Positions 30,665-42,352 of a DNA stretch of 43,756 nt are shown here, in pieces; the stretch's first letter is position 1; each line of letters starts with the position of its first letter. The stretch lies in contig NW_008246133.1 of assembly GCF_000281045.1 (NCBI RefSeq), forward strand, positions 94,885 through 138,640, written 5' to 3'. The position numbers were made by a program, and so were the translations under genes. The DNA comes from Saprolegnia diclina VS20. Its lineage: Eukaryota. Below the pieces are notes generated by a model. That model worked only from the letters and a program-made list of their open reading frames with translations, searched no databases and was not told where the DNA came from.

Positions 30665-32979
30665 TTATACATTTTGGAGCATCCGTTGCTGATTGTGGAG
30701 CTGAATGTACTCGACGAGCACTTCGAGCTTGGCGTCCATGAATTTGATGCGGTCTTCGAGTCGCCGGCGGTACGCCATTTCGTCCATCGATGACGTCGCA
30801 GCGTCGTCGGTCGCGTCAGCCTTTGGGGCCGTGTGCACACTTGCAAACTGCTTGAGAGTACGAACCCAGCGGGCACCTTGCGCATCCGAGATACCAATCG
30901 CCTGGGCAATGTCGCCGGCTGTCCACACTCGGACGCCGTTGTCAATCGCCAAGCGCTCTTGGAGCCGCAGGACGTGGCGGCCCTTGCAGACACAGTCGGT
31001 GCGGAGTACGTCGCACAGCACATATAGCATTTCTTGCACAAACGACCGTTTTCTAGCACAGAACAAATGATACCAATGCTACAAAAATCAACCTCTCGAA
31101 TAGTGTCATACCCGTGGTCGACGTGGACAATATCTTCGTGGGCCGAGATGATGACCGCGAGCATAATGTTGACAAGCACGAGCGTAATCGTCGACTGACT
31201 GAGCCAGTACCACACGACGGCGAGCGGATTGATGTCCCTGATGTTGTCGTACTCGTAGCCGTTGAAGATCATGTTGATGCACGTGATCATGGCCGCGCCA
31301 AGGCTCGCAAACGCCTCGAGCTTGGTACCAAAAAGAAGGGCCCCCGAGGTTGCTAGGGCCATCACGACAAGGAGGAAGAGGAAGAGGAACGTGCCCAGCC
31401 GCTTGACGCTGGCTATGATCGTGTTGCTGAGAATGCTCATGGTCGGATGAAAGTGCAGCGCGGCCATGACACTACACATACAACCTGCATGAGCAATCGA
31501 ACCGAAGGTCGCGCGTACTTGACGGCGAGCTGAAGACACGTGAGAATGGACATGATGTACAAAAAGCCGAGTGCCGGCGCAAACCCGTCCATAAAATCCG
31601 ACACGGACGGCTGCGGACTCGACGCCATGGCCTCCGGTTGGTCCGCGGCCGGCAGCGCGTACACTCTGTCGTAGAACGTGCGCAGCGCGTCGACTTGGTC
31701 TTCGAAATCGGACGCAAAGCAGCGCTGAAAGAGGCGCAACCAGGCGACGTAGTACACGATGAGCGCGGCCACCGAAAGCCATTCGATGGCGTCAGCACCC
31801 ATGACCCACGCCGTTCGCGCTTTCATACGCGCCGCCAGCTGCACGAGCCGACGCACGACTAGCCGAAGGCCAAGCAAGGCCACGAGGACGTCGGGGAGGA
31901 GGCTAATGGCCGACTCGGCGTACGGGTTGGCGGGCACGGAATTCACGCTGTACTTTGGCTCGATCGCGCCGCCAGCTTGAAAATCGAGCGCAAATCGAAG
32001 GTACGTAAACATGTCGAGCTCGCCGTTGTAGGTCGTGATCTTGATGTCGATTTGACGCGTACCGAGGTTGATGTAGTAGCCGCCGGTGCTGCCGTGTTCT
32101 TGCCAAAATTTGTACTTGGTGTACGGTGACGGCTCTTGCAGCGGAAGGTACAACGTATACCATGGCTGGCGCCGCGTGTTGCGCGTGTGGAGGTCGCCGT
32201 CCGTGATCTCAAAATTCGACTCGAAATTGTAGCAGGCGCCGTAGTGCGACGCGAGTTGACCGTCGCTCGGGCACTTGGCCTTGGGGGCATTGAGCACCGA
32301 GATTTCGACGGCGCCGACGACTTGATTGTACGAGCCAATGCGTCCAATGGTCGCGTTCTCCAACGCCGAATCTAGCATTCTATCAAGTTGATACAAAAAA
32401 ACGTTTCAAATCGTACTGTTGCCGCCTTTGGCGGGAAAGATCTCGGGCAACAAGGAAAACTCAAACCAGCTCTCAAAGTCGGCGGCGGTCCGAATGTTCA
32501 TAAATTCGAGGGTCCCAGGGCGCTGGACCGTGTCCTACACAACTGTGTGATCCATCGAATGAACAATATTGTGAAAAAGATACCGCGGGAAGCGGACTGA
32601 GCGCGATCGAGATCCCATGGTTGACAAAAAAGACTTGGTAAATCGGCGTGTGCGTGAGGACGACGGTCACGAACGCAAAGAAGAGCACAATCGGAAACGG
32701 GACGTTGAGGAAATGCGTGCGCAGCTCGGCGCGCGTCGCGAGGGCTGCCCGCGCGTCACTGGTCGAAATGGTCTCGGTGCGGTCGCCTTCGGAGAGCCGC
32801 GGAATCGACTCGATGTCGGGCGACCAGTTGTCAAACGGCGACGGCAGCGTCTGCTCGTCCGACTTCATGGCGTCGTGTCGGCGATGGGTGTTGAAAAGTG
32901 AGGACTCTTGATGGTGTGCCAACTGATTGGGGGCATGAGGGACCGGACTGTGGCCAGCGTTGTTGTTCATTACAGACAT
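30665..32979 (-). CDS. Polycystin (PKD2/TRPP-like) cation channel, multi-exon; boundaries approximate
   Basis: First TM segment PFPIVLFFAFVTVVLTH. Extracellular NQVVGAVEI..CP..CY..YYINLGTR..TTYNGEL..LDFQAGGAIEP. Pore region LLFGTKLEAFASLGAAMITCINMIFNG..WYWLSQSTITLVLVNIMLAVII. C-terminal coiled coil RRLEDRIKFMDAKLEVLV. Confidence 0.8.
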
Positions 32980-33522
32980 ACCGCGCAATAGATGATATTC
33001 TCGAATTGCTGAACCCTACTTGTGTGGAGAGTATCGTTGGCTGACAAACTTGTTGATTTTCCTATATATTTTCGGGATACCGTCTCTAGTCCATGGTGCA
33101 GTGTAGTCGTTCATATATATATGATGTACAGCGCTCGAACGAGGCGATATGACTCTGCAGCCAACGCAGTTGAAGCCAGATTCGGGTTCGGACCTTGCCG
33201 CTCGCGTGCATTGGAGACGGTGAGTGCTGACAACGGGAGTCCGGTCGCTTTCTCATGCACGTGTGCTCCGTGAACGTACAGCGATCATCGAATCATCTTC
33301 AGTGCAGTAGTTGTCGACACGACAGCGTTGAAACAACCATGTTGACACAAGTGGGAAGGACCCCCGGCCAACAATTTTCACCAATTTAACGAGAGGTTGC
33401 GGAAGGGTACCCCGGTCATCCATGATGTCATTCACAGTAGAAGTACATGTCGGTTAAATCGTGCCTCTTGTGAGCAACCGCATCCCTTCCAAAAGTGGTC
33501 GCGTTCTTCCAGCACTCCTCAT

Positions 33523-33940
33523 NNNNNNNNNNNNNNNNNNNNNNNNNNNNNNNNNNNNNNNNNNNNNNNNNNNNNNNNNNNNNNNNNNNNNNNNNNNNNN
33601 NNNNNNNNNNNNNNNNNNNNNNNNNNNNNNNNNNNNNNNNNNNNNNNNNNNNNNNNNNNNNNNNNNNNNNNNNNNNNNNNNNNNNNNNNNNNNNNNNNNN
33701 NNNNNNNNNNNNNNNNNNNNNNNNNNNNNNNNNNNNNNNNNNNNNNNNNNNNNNNNNNNNNNNNNNNNNNNNNNNNNNNNNNNNNNNNNNNNNNNNNNNN
33801 NNNNNNNNNNNNNNNNNNNNNNNNNNNNNNNNNNNNNNNNNNNNNNNNNNNNNNNNNNNNNNNNNNNNNNNNNNNNNNNNNNNNNNNNNNNNNNNNNNNN
33901 NNNNNNNNNNNNNNNNNNNNNNNNNNNNNNNNNNNNNNNN
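33523..33940. other. Assembly gap (N run)
   Basis: Run of n. Confidence 0.99.
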
Positions 33941-33996
33941 TATTGAGGGTGCTTTGGTTGCGAAAAAGGTGCAGGTGGCAAATACTCCCGCGTCTC

Positions 33997-36900
33997 TCAG
34001 CGAAATTGCGTGAGCGGGATCGCACGGCGAAAGCGATGCCGGAGCTTTGTGTTTACTGGAACGCTGACTGTATAAAGTCGCCAGCTTTTGATGTCAAATA
34101 CATAGAGCTGGGCGCGCCAATGCAGCGTGAGGAGACCGGCGAGGACGCCGGACGCTTGGTCCAGGTAGCACTCTCCGAGGTGCATCCAGTTGTCAAGTTC
34201 CAGCATATACAAGCTCGACGAGCTCAGTAGGAGCGTCGGGATGCTTCGGTTCGGCAACTCTTTTTTTCGCAGTCGAAGCCACTCGATCACTGCGAGGCCG
34301 AGCACGCACGACACCACAATCGCCAAGTCGACGACGACGCGTTGAAAGCTGCCAATGTACACGTGGGCGCTGGTGCAAACGAGGCCGCTGTCCATGTCGA
34401 TCGAGTCGCACCTTCGGTCCAAATACGCCGTGTACTGCTGCGGCGCTTGGATCGTCCAGATGACAGCAATGAGCCATGTGCAAAAGGTCGATTTCCACGC
34501 GTAGTAGATAGTGATGCGCTCGGTTGCAAAACTCAAAAGGTCGTTGAGAATGTAGTTGAGCCATGTGAGCTCGGAGGCGGCAAGGACGGTTTTGGTCCAC
34601 GGCAATGGCGGCAAGGTGAATTGTGTCGCTTGGCCCACCACGCTGAGCGTGAGCGTGCTCGTGTTTAAAAGCCATAGCGCCGTCAGACTGCGCACCACCA
34701 ACAGCGTCCGGCCAACCCAGACGTGGCCGACAATACGGTTAAACTCGAGCAAATTGAGGCCTTCGATAGCGCCACCGGCTGCGAGGCCGTAGATACCCAA
34801 AAGCCCCGTGACGCCAATGCAAAGGCCCGTGACGTACCGGGCGCACTGCTGACACATGTACGAAAGCTGTGTCGGAATCGAACTCGCACTCAGCGTCATA
34901 GACACGGGATTCAAATGCGTCGAAATCGTCGTCAGTGTACCAGCGTCGCCTTGAAACGAGACGACTTCGCGCTGGCCGATCGCCCATTCGTAGAGGTAGC
35001 ACCACCCAAAGAACGGCCAGATGCGGTCCAACGACGCATCAAAGAACCCGCGCTCATAGAGCTCGACCTGGGGCGTGCCACGGGTCACATACTGCACCAG
35101 GCGAATATCGAGTCGTTCGACGTCGGCGTGCGTCGCTTGCGCAAGCGCCGAGACGTCCTCAAACCAAGCACTATAGTTGCGCGTAAAGTTCCAGCTGGCC
35201 GTGTAGATGGTCGCGCAATTCGGCTCGGCGTACACATCCAAGCTGCAAAACGCATTCGCATCCACCATCGGGTTGAAGCCATAGACAGTTGCATACCCCA
35301 CGAGCGCCAGGAGCAGCCCCGTGCTGGAGGGCCTGAGGTACTCGAGACGCCACGAGTGGCACAAGCTGTCGGTGCTGAATGGCGCCGCGAGCGCACTGGA
35401 CGGGGACGTGGGCGCAATGTCGTCGCCACAAAAGACGTTGCCGCCCACAATCTTGGCAGCGACGTCGCTCAAGAGATCGCTGGGGACGTGGCCAATGTAG
35501 GATTTGATCGGAAGGTTGAGGTACGCGGCTTGGGCGGCCAAGTCTGAGACGGTCAAGTTGGCAACCACCCGCAGAAGCGCTGCGTACATGGCCTGGAGCC
35601 GGGGCGGGATCGGCACGTAGACCAAGTCAATGACGTTGAACGGACCGAGCGTCGCTTGCAAACTCGTCAAGCCCGATGACAGCGGCGCGACAAGCGTATA
35701 ATTGTCAAAAAGTAGCTGCTCGGGTGTGACATTGGAGTACGCAAACATGGGGCTCGATGACAGCAGCGAACGGCCCGCAAGGCGTGTGGTATTCGCCGCG
35801 ATCGCCCAGAGATCGCTGGCGAAACTCCAGTACATGCGCATCGAGGTTTGGCGCGTCATATCAAAGTTCATATCCACATTGCTCAATGGTAGCTGGTACT
35901 GCAAATTGAGCGCCGTCGTGAGCACGAGTGCATCTTGAAAGCCAGTTGTCTTGTAGTTTTGCCACTGCAATAGAAACGTGGTGATCCCAAACAGCTGCCA
36001 GTAGGCCACTTCGTCGTCGATCGACGTGCTCCCGGCGGCGAGCACTTGCTGTTGCCACGCTCGCCCTCTTAGCGATGTCTCGAGAACACTTTGGATGCCC
36101 AAGTAGTACGAGACACCCCACGACGACCACCAAACGTCCCAGCTGCGGAGGTTGCGGAGGCTCGTCTCGAGGTACCGTGCGCCATTATGCACTGACGTCG
36201 CCGCGCAGCGCACTTGTCGTTGGGGCGTCGATGCCATGGACCATGTTTGGTTCAAGTCGAGCCAGCAGTACTGCGTAAACATCCACGGCAGCTGCGCTGG
36301 GTCCATTGATCGAAGCCCGCGGATCACGTCGGCCAGCTCCGGGCTGGGGGCAAAGAGTTGTCGGCGGGGTGTCGTGGGGTACCACGAAATGGTCGCCGAC
36401 GTCGCTGTCGCGTACGACTGCGAGAGATCGCTGTTTTCGGGGCTCTCGAGCTCCAACGACGCCAACTGCGAACGTTCGAGAAGCTGCCGGTTGCATAGAT
36501 TGGCCAAAAAGGCGTGTGTCCCGGAGGTATTGAAGCCAGCCCAGCCAAAGTCGTTGGCCATGGCGCCTTGCAGCACCGTGAGATACGCCAGATTGCCAAG
36601 AAGGGTAAACACCATGTACGTAATGGCCAAGATGACAATGATAGAGTGGCCACCACGACCGTGTCGACTCCACCACGCCGACAAAATCGATGGTTGGTGG
36701 GGCAGACTCTGCAGCGGCGTCGACGACGGTGCACCGTGCACCGCGTGGAACTGACTGCGGCATTGCCGTCGCTGAATGCTATAATCTTCGAGGGACACGA
36801 GCCGCCACAATTTGCAGTCAAAGAGGTAATCCGAGTCGTTGTAGCGGAGATACACCATACCGGCGACCCAGGCGCCCACGTCGTTGAGCTCCACGTGAAC

Positions 36901-39282
36901 GTTGGTGGCGGGTGCCGTCGGTGCGACCGCCGAGAGCGGCAGTAGCTTATGCGGCTGGATGCGGTCCCCGTCCCGATGCGTGATGGCCCACAGTACACAG
37001 AGCGCCACCGACATAGTGTTTATGCCAACGATAAGCAGCGCACGCGAGGACCACCCGACGTACAGCGACCCGCTCTCACACACCATGGCGTTGTCCATGT
37101 CTATCAAAGCGCAGCTGCGGTCAATGGAGGCAAGAAGCGGAAGCACCGCGCCTTGGTCGAGCAACACGACGATACACCACGCTGCAAGGGACGTGTACGG
37201 CGCAGTGGCGCGGACACTTGCGTATGTGTAGGGCAGCAGCACGTCCTGGATGCAGTAGACAAGCCAGAGAGACTCGCTTGCCAAGAGGCAGCTGAGATAC
37301 CACGGTCGAGGCGGTGCCGCAAGGTAGCGCAGCGACGGCGTCGCCATCGTTTGCAAGGGCACGCTAGCCATGCAGATCGTGGCCATGAAACCACGGACAA
37401 GAAGGAGGTTACGGCTGACCCAGACCGAGCCCGCGACGGGCCAAAACGCAAACCACGGTGTTCCCCGCGGTCGCACGCGGAGCCAGAGACTGAGCGCTAC
37501 CGCTCCCACAAGCGCCAAGGTGATCGTGAGAATCGACCCAAAGCGCAGGAGGTACGGCCCTAACCCTGCGGGTGGCAAGAGCGGATCAAACGCTTTGGGT
37601 GCATAAAAGCTTGAAATGAGATGGCGCTGCTCAACGTCGCCATGCAATGAGAGCACCTCGCGATAGTTGAGCACCCAGTCGTAGAGCATCATGCCTCCAA
37701 AGAAGGCCCAATTTGGCTCCAGCAGCGGTTGGTACTCGAGCGCGATCGAGCCGAGTGGGGTCTGCACCATCTGAAGCAATTCGATCGAGAAGTCGTCCAC
37801 GAGTGATCCATTCCAAGCAAGCAGACTCGATGTGGTGAGATCAAGCGCCTCGACAGCACGCTGTGCGGCAAGGTAGCCCTGCACGCAGTCGCTTTGCGCC
37901 TCGAGGGAGCACTGGCTGCAAAAAGATGCATTCAACATCGGCGTCACATAATAGGCAAACAAGCCGTTGAGACCCTGCCACTCGAGTGTAAGCGGGCGCT
38001 GGGCGCCACAGACGTCGTCAAAACTAAGCGTCTGCAGCACAAACGGCAAGGCGGATCCATCTCCGCACATGGGGTTACCACCAAAGAAGCGCAAGGTCGG
38101 GTCTTGCCACCGCCTTGGTGTCGGCATGAGGACGAACGTTCGACTGGCCTCGTGGACAAGCGCGGCGACCGTAGCATTGTCGCGCATGTGTGCGAGGATC
38201 GTTGTGCAAAACCTCGAGACCGCTGCGACAAGTGCCTTTGGCGGTGGCAACCAGATCGCGTCAATGTTACCAAGCGGACCGAGCTGGTCGTGCAAAGCTT
38301 GGTAGACGGCGTTGAGCGGGTGTCCCTTGGCGTACGCCTCGATCGCGAACGGGTTGGGGCCGCCAAAGTAGTTGGGGGCGCTCCGGACCAGACTCTGGTT
38401 CTTGGCAATGGCCCAGAGATCGTTGTACAAAAGGTCGTTCAGAACCAACGTCGTGCGAAACACCCACCGATTCACCATCGGAATGGCTTTGAGCGGCAGC
38501 GTTAGCGAGACCCCGAGTGCATTAATCACACCAATCGACTCGGTGACGCCCATGCCAATGCCGGTTCCATACTGGAGCGTAAAATGCCGCAGTCCCGAGG
38601 CACGCCAAAGCGCAAGCTCATCGTCTAGCGTACTCCACGTCGTGTGGTTGAGAAGGTCATTGTACCACTGCAGACCGGCGGGCCCGCTCGTTCGGATCGG
38701 GTGACCAATGCACTGCTCAAACTTGCTGCCCGAGAGCTTGAGCCAGGCGGTAAGCGGAATGTTGCGCAGCACGGACTCGAGGTACACGGCACCGTTCTCA
38801 GCGTACGCGCGCGAGCATCGCGCTTGGCGCGTCGCCGAGTACGCAAGCTCCCACTGCCGCCCCAGGTCGACCCAGCAGTAGAGCGACACCATCTTGACAA
38901 CGAGGCTCGGGCTCAAGCGCCGAAGGCCTTGGATTGCAACGGGTAATGTCGTGAGCTCACTGTACATAAGCAGGCGCGGGTATGCCGGGTTGACACCCAA
39001 CGGCACAGACGACAGCGTTGGTAGTGTCATGTCAACGGTGGTCGATGCCGACGTCGTCGTCAGCGCTGTGTTGAACGCCTGCACGATGAGGGCTGTCGTG
39101 CTGCCAAAATCGGCAACAAAAAAGTCGGAGCTCGTGTAGCGACCAAACGCACTGAGCGCGGCGAAGCTCAGGCCCACGGACGCCACGAGGTACGTCATGC
39201 CAACGAGCTCGAAGAGCAGTGGGAGCCGCGACGCGCTGATGACGTCGGCTGCTGGACCATGGTACGGCGCAACCCGATTCAT
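33997..39282 (-). CDS. Large (~1760 aa) multi-pass membrane protein with two internal homologous halves; oomycete-type uncharacterised family
   Basis: Uninterrupted ORF with duplicated motifs: YCWVDLGRQWELAYSATRQARC..NGAVYLESVLRN / QYCWLDLNQTWSMASTPQRQVRC..NGARYLETSLRN; GGNPMCGD / GGNVFCGD; YDWVLNYREVLSLHGD / YEWAIGQREVVSFQGD; FDCKLWR / FDIKSWR. Confidence 0.85.
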   Translation of the reverse strand: MNRVAPYHGPAADVISASRLPLLFELVGMTYLVASVGLSFAALSAFGRYTSSDFFVADFGSTTALIVQAFNTALTTTSASTTVDMTLPTLSSVPLGVNPAYPRLLMYSELTTLPVAIQGLRRLSPSLVVKMVSLYCWVDLGRQWELAYSATRQARCSRAYAENGAVYLESVLRNIPLTAWLKLSGSKFEQCIGHPIRTSGPAGLQWYNDLLNHTTWSTLDDELALWRASGLRHFTLQYGTGIGMGVTESIGVINALGVSLTLPLKAIPMVNRWVFRTTLVLNDLLYNDLWAIAKNQSLVRSAPNYFGGPNPFAIEAYAKGHPLNAVYQALHDQLGPLGNIDAIWLPPPKALVAAVSRFCTTILAHMRDNATVAALVHEASRTFVLMPTPRRWQDPTLRFFGGNPMCGDGSALPFVLQTLSFDDVCGAQRPLTLEWQGLNGLFAYYVTPMLNASFCSQCSLEAQSDCVQGYLAAQRAVEALDLTTSSLLAWNGSLVDDFSIELLQMVQTPLGSIALEYQPLLEPNWAFFGGMMLYDWVLNYREVLSLHGDVEQRHLISSFYAPKAFDPLLPPAGLGPYLLRFGSILTITLALVGAVALSLWLRVRPRGTPWFAFWPVAGSVWVSRNLLLVRGFMATICMASVPLQTMATPSLRYLAAPPRPWYLSCLLASESLWLVYCIQDVLLPYTYASVRATAPYTSLAAWCIVVLLDQGAVLPLLASIDRSCALIDMDNAMVCESGSLYVGWSSRALLIVGINTMSVALCVLWAITHRDGDRIQPHKLLPLSAVAPTAPATNVHVELNDVGAWVAGMVYLRYNDSDYLFDCKLWRLVSLEDYSIQRRQCRSQFHAVHGAPSSTPLQSLPHQPSILSAWWSRHGRGGHSIIVILAITYMVFTLLGNLAYLTVLQGAMANDFGWAGFNTSGTHAFLANLCNRQLLERSQLASLELESPENSDLSQSYATATSATISWYPTTPRRQLFAPSPELADVIRGLRSMDPAQLPWMFTQYCWLDLNQTWSMASTPQRQVRCAATSVHNGARYLETSLRNLRSWDVWWSSWGVSYYLGIQSVLETSLRGRAWQQQVLAAGSTSIDDEVAYWQLFGITTFLLQWQNYKTTGFQDALVLTTALNLQYQLPLSNVDMNFDMTRQTSMRMYWSFASDLWAIAANTTRLAGRSLLSSSPMFAYSNVTPEQLLFDNYTLVAPLSSGLTSLQATLGPFNVIDLVYVPIPPRLQAMYAALLRVVANLTVSDLAAQAAYLNLPIKSYIGHVPSDLLSDVAAKIVGGNVFCGDDIAPTSPSSALAAPFSTDSLCHSWRLEYLRPSSTGLLLALVGYATVYGFNPMVDANAFCSLDVYAEPNCATIYTASWNFTRNYSAWFEDVSALAQATHADVERLDIRLVQYVTRGTPQVELYERGFFDASLDRIWPFFGWCYLYEWAIGQREVVSFQGDAGTLTTISTHLNPVSMTLSASSIPTQLSYMCQQCARYVTGLCIGVTGLLGIYGLAAGGAIEGLNLLEFNRIVGHVWVGRTLLVVRSLTALWLLNTSTLTLSVVGQATQFTLPPLPWTKTVLAASELTWLNYILNDLLSFATERITIYYAWKSTFCTWLIAVIWTIQAPQQYTAYLDRRCDSIDMDSGLVCTSAHVYIGSFQRVVVDLAIVVSCVLGLAVIEWLRLRKKELPNRSIPTLLLSSSSLYMLELDNWMHLGECYLDQASGVLAGLLTLHWRAQLYVFDIKSWRLYTVSVPVNTKLRHRFRRAIPLTQFR

Positions 39283-39696
39283 GGTCGCCAACACGATATA
39301 TATCGCCAACAAGAGAGGTTACGTAACGCCATTGCGCTCACTACGGTCGCGCACCTTTGGTGTTCCCATTGACCACGGAGCGGCGCATTTTCTTGCTATT
39401 TCATTTAGTCGTTCGGTGCTACCCAAGGGTATGTACTCTGCAGTCGAGAAATCAGTGCTGCCAGGAACGCCACTTCACGGCTCGGCTCGGCGAAAAATGG
39501 AGCCTGGGCAGGAGCAAAATCGACCGAACCGTCGGTCCACGGCTCGAGCAGGATCATTTAGAGGCCAACTGCCAGGTTGCGTGTTGCAAACATACGTGGC
39601 ACATCGTGGGAGGCGCAACGTGGTCTTCCCAGGTACCTCGGATGCACTCTCATACTAGTACTCCTTCGTCGATGAAAGCCATTCAATCATATTACA

Positions 39697-41178
39697 TTAC
39701 GGCAGAGTGGGGCTCTCGATGGCGTCGTGGTAACTTTCCTTGTTCGTCATCGTTGCTTCGTCGCCGTCATCGTAGGCCGACCCGCCATGCTCAAACGCAT
39801 CCAAGCCCATCGTCTCGGCTTCAAGCGAGACACGGAGCCAGCCCATCGACTTCATCGCGCCAAAGACAATGGCACAGCAGCACGCGACAAAGGCGAAAAT
39901 GGCGAGCGCGTATACGATCTGCGCGCCAAACTGCTTGCCGCCGCCGCCTTCGCACGTGTAGAAGAAGCCGCAGTTGGTCCGTTCGTGGCCGTAAAACATG
40001 TGGACCCCCCCGGGCGACGCCAGCATGCCGGGGGCGAGCGTCCCGAGGAAACCGCCGCCGCCATGCACTGGGATCGCATCGACGACGTCGTCGACACCGA
40101 CGCGCGCGAGCAAAATCTTGAGCGCCAGATACGTCATCGCGCCCAGAACGCCCATGACGATAGCGCCTTCGGGCTCGAGCACAGGGCACGCGCCCGTGAC
40201 AGCGACACACCCAATGAGAATGCCATTGTTGGCCTGGCCAAGGTCGTACGTCTTGGTGACAAAGAGCTTGTCGAGAACCACCGTGACGAAGCCGGCCGTG
40301 CACGCCGAGAGCGTGAGGTTGACCGCGACCTTGGCCATAACATCGGCCTTTGTGCCGCCAAGACCGAGCGTCGAGACGCAGTTGAAGCCGTACCAGCCAA
40401 ACCAGAGAATCATCGTGCCCATGCACTGAAACAACACCGACTGCTGCGGCAGCTCCCGTGCGTCGCCTTTTTCGCTGAACCGACCAGTGCGCGGGCCGAG
40501 CAAGAGACACCCGATGAGCGCCGACGTGCCCGCAAACATATGCAGACAACCGGTGCCGGCAAAGTCCATGACGCCAATGTCAAAGAGGAGGTTGCCTTCG
40601 TTGAACATACTCGCCCAGCCCGTCTCGGCCCAGACCCAGTGCGCGCAGACTGGGTAGATGAAGAGACTCGCACAGAACGAGTAGACAAAGTACGCGCGGA
40701 GTTGCATGCGTTCGGCGAGCGCGCCGTGACAAATGTTGACGGCCACGGATGCGATCGCCCACTGGAAGAACCAGTCGGCGTACCGATGACCACTGTACGC
40801 ATGATCGTCCGAGGAACCCATGAACGCGGCGCCTTGCATGAAAAAGCCGGACGAACCAATAAAGCCGTTGCCGTCCATAAAGGCCAAGCCGTAGCCAAAT
40901 GCATAGTACGTCAAGCCCGTGATGCAGCAGTCGCCGAGAATGCGAATGAGAATGTGCTTAGTGTTCTTCTTGTGAACGCAGCCGAGCTCGAGGAGCGCGA
41001 GGCCGAGCATCATGAGGAAGACGAGGACGCCACCAAAGACAAACCAAAAAAGGTCCAGGGTGTGAAGAGGTGCAATCGTCGGCGAGGACGCGACCGCCGA
41101 CGCCAGCTGCGCCCACGAAATCTCGGTGGGCTGGCCGTTGACAATGACCGTCAAGATCGAGGATCCGTTCAACTGCAT
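39697..41178 (-). CDS. AMT: Ammonium transporter (Amt/MEP/Rh family)
   Basis: LVFLMMLGLALLELG, WFFQWAIA, HGALAER, YPVCAHWVW, DFAGTGCLHMFAG, LWFGWYGFN, VDDVVDAIPVHG, GLDAFEHG. Likely start MQLNGSS at 41178. Confidence 0.95.
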   Translation of the reverse strand: MQLNGSSILTVIVNGQPTEISWAQLASAVASSPTIAPLHTLDLFWFVFGGVLVFLMMLGLALLELGCVHKKNTKHILIRILGDCCITGLTYYAFGYGLAFMDGNGFIGSSGFFMQGAAFMGSSDDHAYSGHRYADWFFQWAIASVAVNICHGALAERMQLRAYFVYSFCASLFIYPVCAHWVWAETGWASMFNEGNLLFDIGVMDFAGTGCLHMFAGTSALIGCLLLGPRTGRFSEKGDARELPQQSVLFQCMGTMILWFGWYGFNCVSTLGLGGTKADVMAKVAVNLTLSACTAGFVTVVLDKLFVTKTYDLGQANNGILIGCVAVTGACPVLEPEGAIVMGVLGAMTYLALKILLARVGVDDVVDAIPVHGGGGFLGTLAPGMLASPGGVHMFYGHERTNCGFFYTCEGGGGKQFGAQIVYALAIFAFVACCCAIVFGAMKSMGWLRVSLEAETMGLDAFEHGGSAYDDGDEATMTNKESYHDAIESPTLP

Positions 41179-41809
41179 GTGAGCGCCGATTGGAAAATGC
41201 GTCGACTTTGAAGGCACCAACGAGCGGTGTAGAAACCCCGAGCCGTGCGACATGAAGGAGACGGCCCCGGCGTTTTCCCTGAGATCGCCTTGAGGAACCG
41301 CCGTGTGTTAATAAGGTCCATGCCGAGTGTTGCTATGTCGTGGACAAGGATACGACATGGGACACCTCGCGACATCCTTGGAAACACCCTAGCTGTTTCC
41401 TCGCACAGGGACAAAAACGTCGGTGGGCGCCACCCACCACGGGCATCCGTTCTGCACGCACCTACTTGATTCATTGATACAACTCGGACCACATCATTGG
41501 CTGGTTTTGGTTAAGGGAATTGTGTTATTCCCTAGGTTTTCGACGTCTTCAAAGAATTCTTGTGAGGAGAAAGGATCGTTTCAACCACCCACCGGAACCG
41601 ATATTTCGCAAAGACAGACGTCAGCGCGGCAGCACTCTGCACTTGGACGCGTGAATCACACAAACTCGAACAATTCAAAACTATGGCTCGCATTCGATGA
41701 CGGGGTTTTGCGAATTTGGTGGAGCCAAATGAGATTAGCCAAGTGAGATTCAAACATTGTTTATGTTCATGGGGTGTAGCCGTAAAAAAGGTCCATAGAA
41801 AGCATCGTT

Positions 41810-42352
41810 CTACGCCGCTGCCACAAGGACAGTGGCGATCGTCAGCACTGCCCACGCCAGAGTTCCATCAACATGTGCGGCAGATGGCTTCTTGGACGGT
41901 GCCGGCGTCGACACATTTGGCGCCGACGTGTTCTTGCTGACCGGAACAGTATCGTTCACAACTGTTGTTGGGTCCATGAGGTCATCAATGATGAGGAAAT
42001 CATCGTCGTCGTCATCGAAGTTGCCGTCCGGGATCACCAAGCTGCCGATATCATCGTCCAGGTCCGAGTCAACCTCGTCCACCGTCATCGTCGTGTTGCT
42101 TGCGGCCACCGACAGCACCCGCCGCGCCTTGCACGCCGCCACCTTCTTGATCAGCGGGTTCACACACGTCGCCGCGTCCAGAAAGCACTGATTCTGGTAC
42201 TTGAGCTCCGTCTTGCCGCCGTCCATGGACGCGCACACCTTGGCTTTTGTCAGTTGGCACTTGGCGATCCCGCACGTCGTCATCTTCTTGGGGCACTTGC
42301 CCGGCGCGATGAACTGAATGTCGGGCTTGACGCAGCGCGCGGCCTTGAGAAA
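41810..42352 (-). CDS. Kazal-like multi-domain surface protein with probable GPI signal; 5' end in gap
   Basis: FLKAARC...PGKC..CGIAKC..VCASMDGGKTELKYQNQCFLDAATC...AAC (Kazal-like VCAS..G..Y.N.C), then an acidic stretch, an S/T/P stalk and a hydrophobic C-terminus. Confidence 0.7.
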   Translation of the reverse strand, partial: FLKAARCVKPDIQFIAPGKCPKKMTTCGIAKCQLTKAKVCASMDGGKTELKYQNQCFLDAATCVNPLIKKVAACKARRVLSVAASNTTMTVDEVDSDLDDDIGSLVIPDGNFDDDDDDFLIIDDLMDPTTVVNDTVPVSKNTSAPNVSTPAPSKKPSAAHVDGTLAWAVLTIATVLVAAA

